NCBI GenBank assembly: GCA_026397915.1
Contig: JAPLTX010000061.1
Location: 94,731-158,730, forward strand
Direction of reading: 5' to 3'
DNA length: 64,000 nt
From: Verrucomicrobiota bacterium
GTDB taxonomy: Bacteria > Verrucomicrobiota > Verrucomicrobiia > CAIQCK01
The translations under genes were made by a program, and so were the position numbers. Below the pieces are notes generated by a model. The model saw only the letters and a program-made list of their open reading frames with translations, had not been told where the DNA came from and made no database searches. Below are positions 46,271 to 56,131 of this stretch, piece after piece (within the stretch, counting starts at the first letter, position 1; every line of letters begins with the position of its first letter).

Positions 46271-46296
46271 AAGCTGAAAGCTGAAAGCTGAAAGCT
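46257..46296. repeat. tandem heptamer array (AGCTGAA)n upstream of terS
   Basis: gctgagagctgaaagctgaaagctgaaagctgaaagct. Confidence 0.8.
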
Positions 46297-46302
46297 AAAA
46301 CA

Positions 46303-47013
46303 ATGAGCGACACAACCTACAAGGGCAAGATCGGCCGGCTGCCGCGCGCGATGCGCGACGAGGTGTGCCGCCGGATGCGGGACGGCGATAGCGACAGGAG
46401 GATTCTCGTCTGGCTGAACGCCGACGCCGAGGCGAAGAAGCGGATGGAGACCTACTTCGACGGCCAGCCGCTGAACGGAAGCAACATGAGCGAGTGGCGC
46501 GCGGCCGGCTACCAGGACTGGAAGCGGCAGCAGGACCGCGACGCGCAAACCGAGAAGCTTTGCAAGTGGGCGATGAATGCCGTGGACGGCAAGCCCGGCG
46601 ACAAGGCGAGCGCCATCGCGGCGGGCCAGTTGTGCTCCGCGCTGGAGGATTTTGATGTCGAGAAGTTGAAGGATTTGCTGGCGACCGATCCGAGCAATCA
46701 TTCGGAGATTATCAAGAGCCTGGCAAGGCTGCGCACGAGCGACGCGTCGGTGAAGAACGCGGAGGTGAACGCGGTAAAGTTGCAGCAGGCCGAGGAAGCG
46801 CTCCGCCAGGCCAACGAGCGGCTCGTGATGGAGAGGGGGGAGTTTGAAATCCGTTACTGCCAGGGAGTCCTGAAGGGAATCGCGGACGCCGAGGCGCATC
46901 GCATCGCGGGGCTGAACATCTCCAACGACGAGAAGATTGCGTTGATGCGCAAGCACTACTTCGCGGACGTGGACGCGCTCCAAAAATCCGGCGCGGTGAA
47001 GCTGCCGGATTAA
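46303..47013 (+). CDS. putative terminase small subunit (Mu gp27/DUF3486-like)
   Basis: 236 aa; basic N-terminal DNA-binding-like region GRLPRAMRDEVCRRMRDG; directly upstream of terL. Confidence 0.45.
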   Translation: MSDTTYKGKIGRLPRAMRDEVCRRMRDGDSDRRILVWLNADAEAKKRMETYFDGQPLNGSNMSEWRAAGYQDWKRQQDRDAQTEKLCKWAMNAVDGKPGDKASAIAAGQLCSALEDFDVEKLKDLLATDPSNHSEIIKSLARLRTSDASVKNAEVNAVKLQQAEEALRQANERLVMERGEFEIRYCQGVLKGIADAEAHRIAGLNISNDEKIALMRKHYFADVDALQKSGAVKLPD

Positions 47014-47018
47014 CCCCG

Positions 47019-48713
47019 ATGAAGGCCAAGAAACAGCGCCGGCTCTATGAGAACGTGGCGATGGTGATGGTGCGCGAGCGCCGCCACTGCGCGCTGCTCT
47101 GGACCCGGCGCGGTCGCAAAAGCACAACGCTCGGCTCCATCGCCTTCGACGAAATGGCGGCGGCCGACGACCGGACGGTGATCCAAGCCAGCGCGTCGTT
47201 GCTGCTCGGCAAAGAGGGCGTCGGCGCGGCGCTGTCGGCCCTCGAACAGGCCATGATCGTCAAGGCCGAGGCCGAGGCGGTGCGCGACGTGTTCTCGTCG
47301 GGCGCGGAGGATCGCGACCTGAACTTCCAGGTGGCGGCTCGGCCCAAAGACGGCCAGCCCGGCGACTCCAAGGTCATGAAGGGGTTGACGGAAGACGATT
47401 TTGCCGGCCTCTACCGGGCGAGCCGCCTGGAACTTCGCCTCTACTTTGACCGTTCGCGCTACTCTCGGCTGCTGATCATCGCGCCGAATCCGGCGACGGC
47501 GCGCTCGTGGCGCGGGACGGTGTTGCGCGACGAGGTCGGCTACACGCCGCCCGCGCTGGAAACCGATTTGCAGGTCGCGATGGACCCGATGATGCGGGAC
47601 ACGCCGGACCTGAAGCTCGTCTATGGCTCCAACCTGCCGGGCGACAGCCGGCACCCGTGGTTCGCGATGACGCTGCCGCGGGAAATCAAGGCGGCAAACG
47701 AGGAAGATGAGTTCCCGGCGAACGCGTCCGGTCATCTCTTTGTTAGCCAGACCGGACTTCTTGTGCATCGCGTGGCGCTCAAAGACGCTTATCAGGCCGG
47801 CCACCAACTCTTCGACGACAAGGGCCTGCCGATGTCGTATGAGGACTGCGCGAAGTCGCCGCAGTTCCGCGTGGGCTGGGACATCTCCTACGCGCTCAAC
47901 CACAAGACGGGCGGCGCGGGCGCGGTGGACCTGATTGCGCTGGTGAACGCGCAGCGCGCGGGCGTCGGCGAGTGTGCTTTTGTTTACGTGGAGAATGAAG
48001 GCGACTGGCAGCGCGCGCTGTCATTGCTCCGCGGCCACCTGACCAACGGCAGGGTGAACCTCGGCTTGGACGTGGCCAGCACGGCGGAAGAGAAGAGCAA
48101 CCCGTCGAGCATCACGGTGACGGAAGAAACGTCGGGCATGTATTACCAGCGGCTCGTCGCCGTCTTCAAAACGAAACACCGGGCGGTCGTGAGCCAGCGG
48201 TTGAAGGATGTCTGCGCGGTGGTCGCCGGCCGTAGCGACGGCGGGCGGGTTCAGAAGTTGAGCATTGACGCCGGCAACGAGCGAATGGCCGCCGAGGAAA
48301 CCGCGAACGATTTGCGCGGCGTCGTTACCGTCGAGCTTGTCATTCCATCGGCAAGCATCCATCCGCCAGGCTACAGCGACTCGGTAAATTTCAAGACCTA
48401 TCAGAGCGACCTCTACAGCGACGGACTCAACAACGGCCTGATTGCGGTTCCGCCGGACGAATACATCAAGCTCGACCATTTGCTTCCGATCAAGGACATG
48501 GGCCGTTACACGTGCGCCGTGGACAGTGAGGGCAGGCACGGTGATTCGTTCGATTCCGGCAAGCAGTCCTACTACGGTTTTTATTCCAGCGGCGGCGCAG
48601 TTGAGGCCCACGCCGTCCGCGTCGGCGGGAATGTTTCCACGGCCCACACCGGCAGGAACAATCCGCTCGCGCCGCACTTCGACAAGGCAGGAGGTTCAAG
48701 ACTATGGATTTGA
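47019..48713 (+). CDS. terminase large subunit (Mu gp28-like)
   Basis: 564 aa; deviant Walker A WTRRGRKSTTLG; size/order terS-terL-portal. Confidence 0.55.
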   Translation: MKAKKQRRLYENVAMVMVRERRHCALLWTRRGRKSTTLGSIAFDEMAAADDRTVIQASASLLLGKEGVGAALSALEQAMIVKAEAEAVRDVFSSGAEDRDLNFQVAARPKDGQPGDSKVMKGLTEDDFAGLYRASRLELRLYFDRSRYSRLLIIAPNPATARSWRGTVLRDEVGYTPPALETDLQVAMDPMMRDTPDLKLVYGSNLPGDSRHPWFAMTLPREIKAANEEDEFPANASGHLFVSQTGLLVHRVALKDAYQAGHQLFDDKGLPMSYEDCAKSPQFRVGWDISYALNHKTGGAGAVDLIALVNAQRAGVGECAFVYVENEGDWQRALSLLRGHLTNGRVNLGLDVASTAEEKSNPSSITVTEETSGMYYQRLVAVFKTKHRAVVSQRLKDVCAVVAGRSDGGRVQKLSIDAGNERMAAEETANDLRGVVTVELVIPSASIHPPGYSDSVNFKTYQSDLYSDGLNNGLIAVPPDEYIKLDHLLPIKDMGRYTCAVDSEGRHGDSFDSGKQSYYGFYSSGGAVEAHAVRVGGNVSTAHTGRNNPLAPHFDKAGGSRLWI

Positions 48714-50341
48714 AAACATTTTTCAACGCGGACGCGGCGACCATCGTGAAGGCGATGGTTCCCGACGAAATGAAGCAGCGGCTCACGAAGTTCTTCGTGT
48801 CGCTGATTCCGCAAACGATCATCACGCGGTGGGACTCGCGCAAGCAGCCGGCAGCTGCCGCGCCGACGGTGGACGCGGACCAGTTGGCGACGATCATCCG
48901 CAACGCCGAGGCCGGCAACACCGACACGCTGTTCGCGCTCTACCGCGACCTGCTGTTCGACAGCCACATCCTGGGCGAATACCAGAAGCGGCTCGCGGCG
49001 ATGCTCGGCGACCAGATCAACGTCGGCCCTGAAGACGAGGAAAAGGAGGAAGATATTGACCTCGCGTGGCGCTGCCAGATGATGCTGAAGCGGAGCCGTG
49101 ACTGGTTTGACGCGATGCGCCACCTGCTGTCGTCGTGCTTCTGGCCGGTGGCCGTGGTGGAAAAGGTCTGGCGGCCGTCCACCGATCCGGCCTTGAAGTT
49201 TGAACTATGGCGGCTCGTCCCGGTGCCACATCACTTGCTCGATTTCACGACAGGCAAGCTGCGGATCGCGGACGTGGACGACAACGGCAACAAGACGGGG
49301 ACGTTTCACGACGCCGACCCGATGCGCTACATCGTCTGCCGCGTTCACATCATGCCCACCGACGACCACTGGGGCGGGCCGGGCCGGGCGGTGCTTTTCT
49401 GGTGGCTGCTGAAAACGCAAACGGTCGGCTGGTGGGCGCGCTTCCTCGAAAAATACCAGCCGGTGTATGTCGGCAAGTTCAACAGCGGCGACGAGCGCAG
49501 CCGGCTCGTGCTGGAAACGGCGCTGGCCGAGGCCGTCAAGCTCGGCGGCATCGTCATCAACAAGGAAACCGAGTTCTCCATCGAGCAGGCGCTCGCCCAG
49601 GGCAACCTCGACGGTTTCGAGAAGTTCTACAGCCTCTGCACGCGCGAGATCAGCAAGGTGTTGACCGGTCACGCGATGAGCCAGGAGTCGCCCGCGAGCG
49701 GACTGAACAGCGGCGAGGCCGGCGCAAAAGAACAGGTCCGCCAGGACATCCGTCAACTCGACAACATCCGGCTTGGAGCGGTGGTGGCACAGCAGTTGTT
49801 TGACGACTTCCGCCGATACAACAATCTGCCCGGCGGGCTGCCGGAAGTGTGGTGGGGCAGCGAGAGCTACACTGAAGCGAAGTCCACGGCTGAGGTGCTC
49901 CAGGCGACGAATCAGGCCGGGCTTGAGCCGACCGACGAGGCGATTCCGGTATTGTCGAAGCGGCTGGGGTTCAGTCTCCGCCGAAAGGCGGCCGCCGCCC
50001 CGCCGGCATTCGGCGCGCCGCTGGCCGCGCTGGCCGCGACGGGCACAGCGCCCATCGGCGGCACCGATCCGGCCGCCGAAGCGAATGCGGCGTTGATGGC
50101 CAAGGCCGCGCCCGGACTGGCCGCGGCATTTCGCGGATCACACGCGCCCATCCGGCTGGCGATTTTGGCGAGCACGTCGCCGGCAGACTTGGAGCAGCGG
50201 ATGCGGATGCTCTATCCAGACTGGAGCGAGAAGAAACTTCAACCGATGCTGGCCGACGCGACGGAGGCGTTCAACACGCTGGTGGCCAACGCGGCGGCCG
50301 GCGCTGTGAGGACGGCAGCGAGGCCAGGCGCGAGGCGATAA
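48704..50341 (+). CDS. portal protein (Mu gp29/DUF935-like)
   Basis: 545 aa following terL, overlapping by 10 nt; size consistent with Mu-like portal. Confidence 0.5.
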   Translation: MDLKTFFNADAATIVKAMVPDEMKQRLTKFFVSLIPQTIITRWDSRKQPAAAAPTVDADQLATIIRNAEAGNTDTLFALYRDLLFDSHILGEYQKRLAAMLGDQINVGPEDEEKEEDIDLAWRCQMMLKRSRDWFDAMRHLLSSCFWPVAVVEKVWRPSTDPALKFELWRLVPVPHHLLDFTTGKLRIADVDDNGNKTGTFHDADPMRYIVCRVHIMPTDDHWGGPGRAVLFWWLLKTQTVGWWARFLEKYQPVYVGKFNSGDERSRLVLETALAEAVKLGGIVINKETEFSIEQALAQGNLDGFEKFYSLCTREISKVLTGHAMSQESPASGLNSGEAGAKEQVRQDIRQLDNIRLGAVVAQQLFDDFRRYNNLPGGLPEVWWGSESYTEAKSTAEVLQATNQAGLEPTDEAIPVLSKRLGFSLRRKAAAAPPAFGAPLAALAATGTAPIGGTDPAAEANAALMAKAAPGLAAAFRGSHAPIRLAILASTSPADLEQRMRMLYPDWSEKKLQPMLADATEAFNTLVANAAAGAVRTAARPGARR

Positions 50342-50696
50342 ATCCCCCGCGCAATTCCGGCGTGTCGGCCCGGCCGTGTAGCCACGAAAGATAATCGTCT
50401 GAGTGAATCTTCAGTTTGATCAGCTTCAACCCCGCCCGCTTCGTGCGGCCGATGGGTGTCCAAACGACCCGACTGGCGTTGGAATGGCAACGCGTCCGCT
50501 AAGACCACGCGCTGGCCTCCTACGAAGGACGGTTCGCCACGTCGTAACCCTTTTGACGCGCGTCACTCCTTGAAGCCGCTCGACCCTTTTCAAACCCCCG
50601 TTTCAATCATTCCTGTCCGCCGCCGGCCGCCTCACACACCGTGTAACGCAACCCACACAAAAGTAGGCGGTTAAGACCATTTCAAACTAAATCAGA

Positions 50697-50723
50697 CCGT
50701 TTCAAACATTCTGGTTAGTGCCG
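50697..50723 (+). repeat. right terminal inverted repeat of prophage; second subterminal copy CCATTTCAAACT at 50677..50688
   Basis: CCGTTTCAAACATTCTGGTTAGTGCCG; tandem upstream near-copy 9 nt away, like multiple transposase binding sites (R1/R2). Confidence 0.7.
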
Positions 50724-51093
50724 CTATGGACCCAAGGCGGCTCACATTAAGCTGGAAACTCATCTGGAGGAAGTCTCCGTTGATTTGGACCAGGCGGTAT
50801 CGTGCGGCCTCATCATCAACGAACTGGTTTCCAACGCGCTCAAACACGCCTTCCCCGACGGACGATCGGGGCGGATCGCGGTCGAATTGAAGATGGCACC
50901 GGAAAAGCAAATCGTTTTGAATGTTGCCGATGACGGAGTAGGCATCCCGCCGGGAGCAGACATCCATCAAACCGGAACACTGGGTCACCAACTGGTGTTC
51001 ATGCTCGCCGAGAAACTGCACGGCACCGTTGAAGTGATACGGGAGCACGGAACCACCTTCCGCATCGTGTTTCCATCGAGACTCAGTTGAGAG
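50724..51093 (+). pseudogene. 3' fragment of interrupted sensor histidine kinase (HATPase_c domain)
   Basis: ...PKAAHIKLETHLEEVSVDLDQAVSCGLIINELVSNALKHAF...GTTFRIVFPSRLS colinear with C-terminus of paralog 51107..52552; in-frame stop upstream inside prophage end. Confidence 0.8.
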
Positions 51094-51106
51094 AAAAACC
51101 TGCGAT

Positions 51107-52552
51107 ATGAGCAAGCCACTCCGACCACTGATCGTCGAGGATTCGCCGGAACAAGCGCAGTTGCTGATCCACGAGCTGAGCCTCGGCGGCTACGAGCCTG
51201 TCTATGAGCGCGTGGACACCGCCGAGGCCATGATCGCCGCACTTGAACGCCAGACTTGGGACATCATCTTGTGCGATCATTACATGCCGGGATTCAGCTC
51301 CATGGATGCGCTGAATGTTTTGCAGGGAAAAGAACTGGACCTGCCATTCATCATTGTCTCGGGCCACATCAGCGAGGAGGAAGCGGTGGCGGCCATGAAA
51401 GCTGGCGCGCATGACTACGTCATGAAGGGCAAGCTGGCGCGGCTGGTGCCCGCCGTGGAACGCGAGTTGAAGGAAGCGGAGGAGCGCCGGAAGCGCAAAC
51501 AATCCGAAGTCCTTTATCATTCGTTGGTGGAGAACCTGCCCCAGAACGTGTTTTGCAAGGACGCGTCGGGTCGTTTCACTTTTGCCAATCAGCGATTCTG
51601 CCACGCCATGGGCAAGCCGTTGCCGGAAATCGTCGGAAAGACCGACTTCGATCTCTTCCCGACGGAGTTGGCCAGGAAACACGAGCAGGACGATGTCCGC
51701 CTCATCCAAACCGGCCAGATACTTGAGACGGTGGAAGAGCATCAAGCCCCAGGCCAAGGTAAGATTTACGTGGAAGTCATCAAGACGCCTTTGCGCGATG
51801 CGCGTGGAAAAGTGATCGGCCTGCAGGGGATATACACCGACATCACGGAGCGCAAGCGGGCGGAGGAGGCAATTCGCGCCTCCCTTGAAGAGAAAACAGT
51901 TCTTCTCAGAGAAGTGCATCACCGTGTGAAAAACAATCTCCAGATCGTGATCAGCTTGTTGAGGTTGCAAGCAGTCCGCACCAAGAATCCGGAGGCACTC
52001 GACACCTTCCAAGAAACCGGCAACCGCATCCACTCCATGGCTCTGCTGCACGAAACGCTTTACCGGTCACAAAGCTTGGCGCACGTGAATTTCGCCGATT
52101 ATATCGAGAGTCTCTGCAGCCATCTCTTCCGCTCCCATGCGCAAAAGGCGGCGCGGATCAAACTGGAGCGTCGTCTGGAAAAAGTTCTCATAGACTTGGA
52201 TCGGGCGGTTTTGTGCGGCCTGATTGTCAACGAACTGGTCTCCAACGCGTTGAAACACGCTTTCCCGGCCGATCGGTCCGGACGGATCGCGGTGGAACTG
52301 CAAACGACACCACAGGAACAGATTCTTCTGAAGGTTGCCGATGATGGCGTGGGCTTGCCGTGGGGAATGAATCTCCGCCAAACCAAGACGCTGGGGCATC
52401 AGTTGGTGTTCATGCTGACCGAAAAGCTGCGCGGCACCATTGAAGTGACGCGTGATCGCGGGACCGCCTTTTGCATCACGTTTGCGTCTAAGCAGGAGGA
52501 GGAAACGCCAAACAGTCGTGGCGTTCCCAATGATCCGACCACGGCAACCTGA
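51107..52552 (+). CDS. hybrid sensor histidine kinase (REC-PAS-HisKA_2-HATPase_c)
   Basis: N-terminal receiver with D-box, [13 protein letters not shown]-box, C-terminal HATPase N/G boxes. Confidence 0.85.
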   Translation: MSKPLRPLIVEDSPEQAQLLIHELSLGGYEPVYERVDTAEAMIAALERQTWDIILCDHYMPGFSSMDALNVLQGKELDLPFIIVSGHISEEEAVAAMKAGAHDYVMKGKLARLVPAVERELKEAEERRKRKQSEVLYHSLVENLPQNVFCKDASGRFTFANQRFCHAMGKPLPEIVGKTDFDLFPTELARKHEQDDVRLIQTGQILETVEEHQAPGQGKIYVEVIKTPLRDARGKVIGLQGIYTDITERKRAEEAIRASLEEKTVLLREVHHRVKNNLQIVISLLRLQAVRTKNPEALDTFQETGNRIHSMALLHETLYRSQSLAHVNFADYIESLCSHLFRSHAQKAARIKLERRLEKVLIDLDRAVLCGLIVNELVSNALKHAFPADRSGRIAVELQTTPQEQILLKVADDGVGLPWGMNLRQTKTLGHQLVFMLTEKLRGTIEVTRDRGTAFCITFASKQEEETPNSRGVPNDPTTAT

Positions 52553-53037
52553 TTTTGGGAATCTCGAATTCGCAGCCAAGCCCTACACTATCCTCCCGCA
52601 AGAACTGCGACCTCGCGTGCCGTCTCCGCAGCCGTCGAACACGGCCGGCCAGAGGTCTTGACACAAACATCTCCCCTGAAGTTGTGTTCGAGTCCCTCAC
52701 TACCTCTCTGACGGAGGATGTCCCTGCCACCTCAGTTGCCAAAAGGCACTAACTCTTCTTCCTGCGCTGGCGAATAATGATGACCACAACGACGGAGAAC
52801 AACGCAGCAGCTATGTAGTCAACGTCAGGATAGTCAATCCATTCTAGCGTGATGCTGAGGACGGTTGCGGCCAGCACGATCAAGCTGATTATCGTGACGT
52901 AGCTAGTCTTCATCCTTTGGCAGCCTAGCACGACGGCGGGCGAACAGGCTAGAAAAATCATGGAAACGGTTGGGTCTCCGACTGCGTGATTGCTTGGAGC
53001 AGCCGGGCATGGTATGCGAGTCGCAACCATCCACGCT

Positions 53038-53874
53038 ATGAAACGACGAAACTTCCTCAAGACCTCACTGGCCGCGACGATGTTCGCGGGCATCCACGGC
53101 ACTCTCACTGCCGCCGAAGGCGGTCAGATGAAACGCGAGTTCTATGAACTGCGCGCTTTCATGCTGAAGCCGGACAAACAGAAACTGGTGGATGATTACC
53201 TCGGCAAGGCGTTCATCCCGGCGATGAACCGCCTCGGCATCAGCCCCATCGGCGTATTCTATGACGCGCCCGAGTTGAATCCACCGCCAGTGCCGAAGCC
53301 CGGTCAACCTCCACCTCCGCCCGCGCCCACGCCGCCGTCGCTCTACGTGCTGGTCCGCTACACGTCGCTCGACCAAAGCGCGACCGTGGCCACGCGGCTC
53401 GCAGCGGACACGGAGTATCAGAAAGCAGGCGAAGCTTACCTGCGCGTGCCGGCGACGGAGCCGGTGTATGACCGCATCGAAAGCTCGCTGCTGCTGGCGT
53501 TCGAGGGCATGCCGGCGTTGGACACGCCGGAGAGGAAGTCGCGCATTTTTCAGCTCCGCACCTACGAGAGCCACAGCGAAGCGGCCGGCAAGAAGAAGAT
53601 CGAGATGTTCAACAAGGCCGGCGAGATCGCTATCTTCCGCCGTTGCGGCCAGAGGCCGGTGTTCTTCGGCGAGACGCTCGTCGGCCAGCGGATGCCGAAC
53701 CTCACCTACATGCTGACGTTTCCCGACGACGATGCGCGCAAGGAAGCGTGGAACAAGTTCCGCTCCGACCCGGAGTGGCTGAAGCTGAAGGTGATGCCGG
53801 AATACGCTGACAAGAACATCGTCTCAAAAATCTGGAACCGCGTTCTGAAGCCCGCGCCATATTCGCAAATCTGA
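53038..53874 (+). CDS. NIPSNAP family protein with Tat-like signal (RRNFLK)
   Basis: two NIPSNAP-like halves; twin-arginine motif. Confidence 0.6.
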   Translation: MKRRNFLKTSLAATMFAGIHGTLTAAEGGQMKREFYELRAFMLKPDKQKLVDDYLGKAFIPAMNRLGISPIGVFYDAPELNPPPVPKPGQPPPPPAPTPPSLYVLVRYTSLDQSATVATRLAADTEYQKAGEAYLRVPATEPVYDRIESSLLLAFEGMPALDTPERKSRIFQLRTYESHSEAAGKKKIEMFNKAGEIAIFRRCGQRPVFFGETLVGQRMPNLTYMLTFPDDDARKEAWNKFRSDPEWLKLKVMPEYADKNIVSKIWNRVLKPAPYSQI

Positions 53875-53960
53875 GCGGCCCAAAACAGAACCGCCGGGCA
53901 CACGCGGATGCGCATGCCCGGCGGAACCAATACAGCTTTGTTGACGAACGAGTCGCCGGT

Positions 53961-55019
<1,059 letters not shown>

Positions 55020-55263
55020 CTAAGTTAGTTATACGTGTGTTTAGTCCGCCATTCTCAAGAAAGCGGAATCGCGGATATTATTGACCGCGCCTTTTCCCGT
55101 CAACGGAAAAGGCCGAAAAAGCCCCCGCCCAGTTCGCAGTGAAAAACCGCAAAACCAAACCGCTTCTCAAGTTACGGCTTCTTCTTCGCCTGCTTCTCCA
55201 CCATCACCTTCACGCGAAGGCGGAAGGCGTTGAGTTTGATGAAACCGGTGGCGTCGTCCTGAT

Positions 55264-55779
55264 TCAACCTTCCACCGGTTCTAGAACAAAGTCGTCGAAT
55301 GTCAGTTCGCCCTTCCCGGGTTTCACATCAATCTCCAACTTCATCCCCCCTTCGCTCACTTCTGAGCAGGTCCATGTCATTACCTGCCATTGTGGATCCT
55401 GTTTCACCACGCGGTCGCTGTATCGGTAGCCTCCATTGGGTCTGTGAAACTTGATCGTGAAAGCGCCTAGCTTCGAACTGGATGAGGAGAAATCAGCGCT
55501 GGTTCTCACCCGGAATTTCAACTTCACCCCTTGCGCGTTCTTTGCTTCAAACGCGCAAGAGAACTTGACGGGTTCATGCTTGTTCAGCTTGATGCGTAGA
55601 GCTTTGTTGGTTGGCGCATCTTCCAGCGAAACAATTCTCCCGCCCCCTTGCCAATGCATCTTGTTTTGGGAAAAATCTCCGTTCTTCAGGATATTCTTAG
55701 GGGCGTCTGCGGCCCATGAAGATGCAACTAATGCAAAGCAAGCGATCCCAACCACCAATCCGCCTCGGCCTGATTTCAT
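55264..55779 (-). CDS. secreted hypothetical protein
   Basis: signal peptide MKSGRGGLVVGIACFALVASSWA. Confidence 0.4.
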   Translation of the reverse strand: MKSGRGGLVVGIACFALVASSWAADAPKNILKNGDFSQNKMHWQGGGRIVSLEDAPTNKALRIKLNKHEPVKFSCAFEAKNAQGVKLKFRVRTSADFSSSSSKLGAFTIKFHRPNGGYRYSDRVVKQDPQWQVMTWTCSEVSEGGMKLEIDVKPGKGELTFDDFVLEPVEG

Positions 55780-56131
55780 TTTACTTTCCCTCCAACAAGG
55801 CCAACTTGCCGCCCTTGATCACTGGAAGATGGAACGCAGCCAAGTCAGCCTTAGATTCTTGTTCCTTCCGCCTCCATCATCCCATTCTTCAAGGATGGGC
55901 GAAGGCTAGGTCCGCGCCTTTCCCCGCGTCAAGCGGGAACTTGCGATAGGTTCCGGGGCCGACTGCCTGCGCTCAACCGAACAGCAGCGTGACTTGTTAC
56001 ACCTTCTTCCTCGCCTGCTTCTCCACCATCGCCTTCACGCGGAGACGGAAGGCGTTGCGCTTGAAGAAGCCATCGGCGCTCGTTAAACTGCCGTCGTCGC
56101 TAACACAAGAACTTCACCCACGCCAGACGTC

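Larger units (their letters stand above)
15053..50723. mobile_element. Mu-like transposable prophage (siphovirus-type tail), ~35.7 kb, inserted inside a histidine kinase gene
   Basis: MuA-like DDE transposase + MuB-like ATPase + Ner, Gam, Mu F/G/I/T head homologues; imperfect 27-bp terminal inverted repeats; host gene halves on both flanks; CTAT on both flanks; no integrase. Confidence 0.8.

Noticed and set aside
29187-46296. Possible CRISPR arrays, given the many tandem repeats
   Set aside because: Repeat period is 7-9 nt with no intervening unique spacers and no cas genes; these are microsatellite-like tandem repeats, not CRISPR.
50785-51090. Independent small HATPase-only gene
   Set aside because: It is the displaced 3' end of the interrupted kinase (colinear with paralog, in-frame with host flank), not a stand-alone gene.
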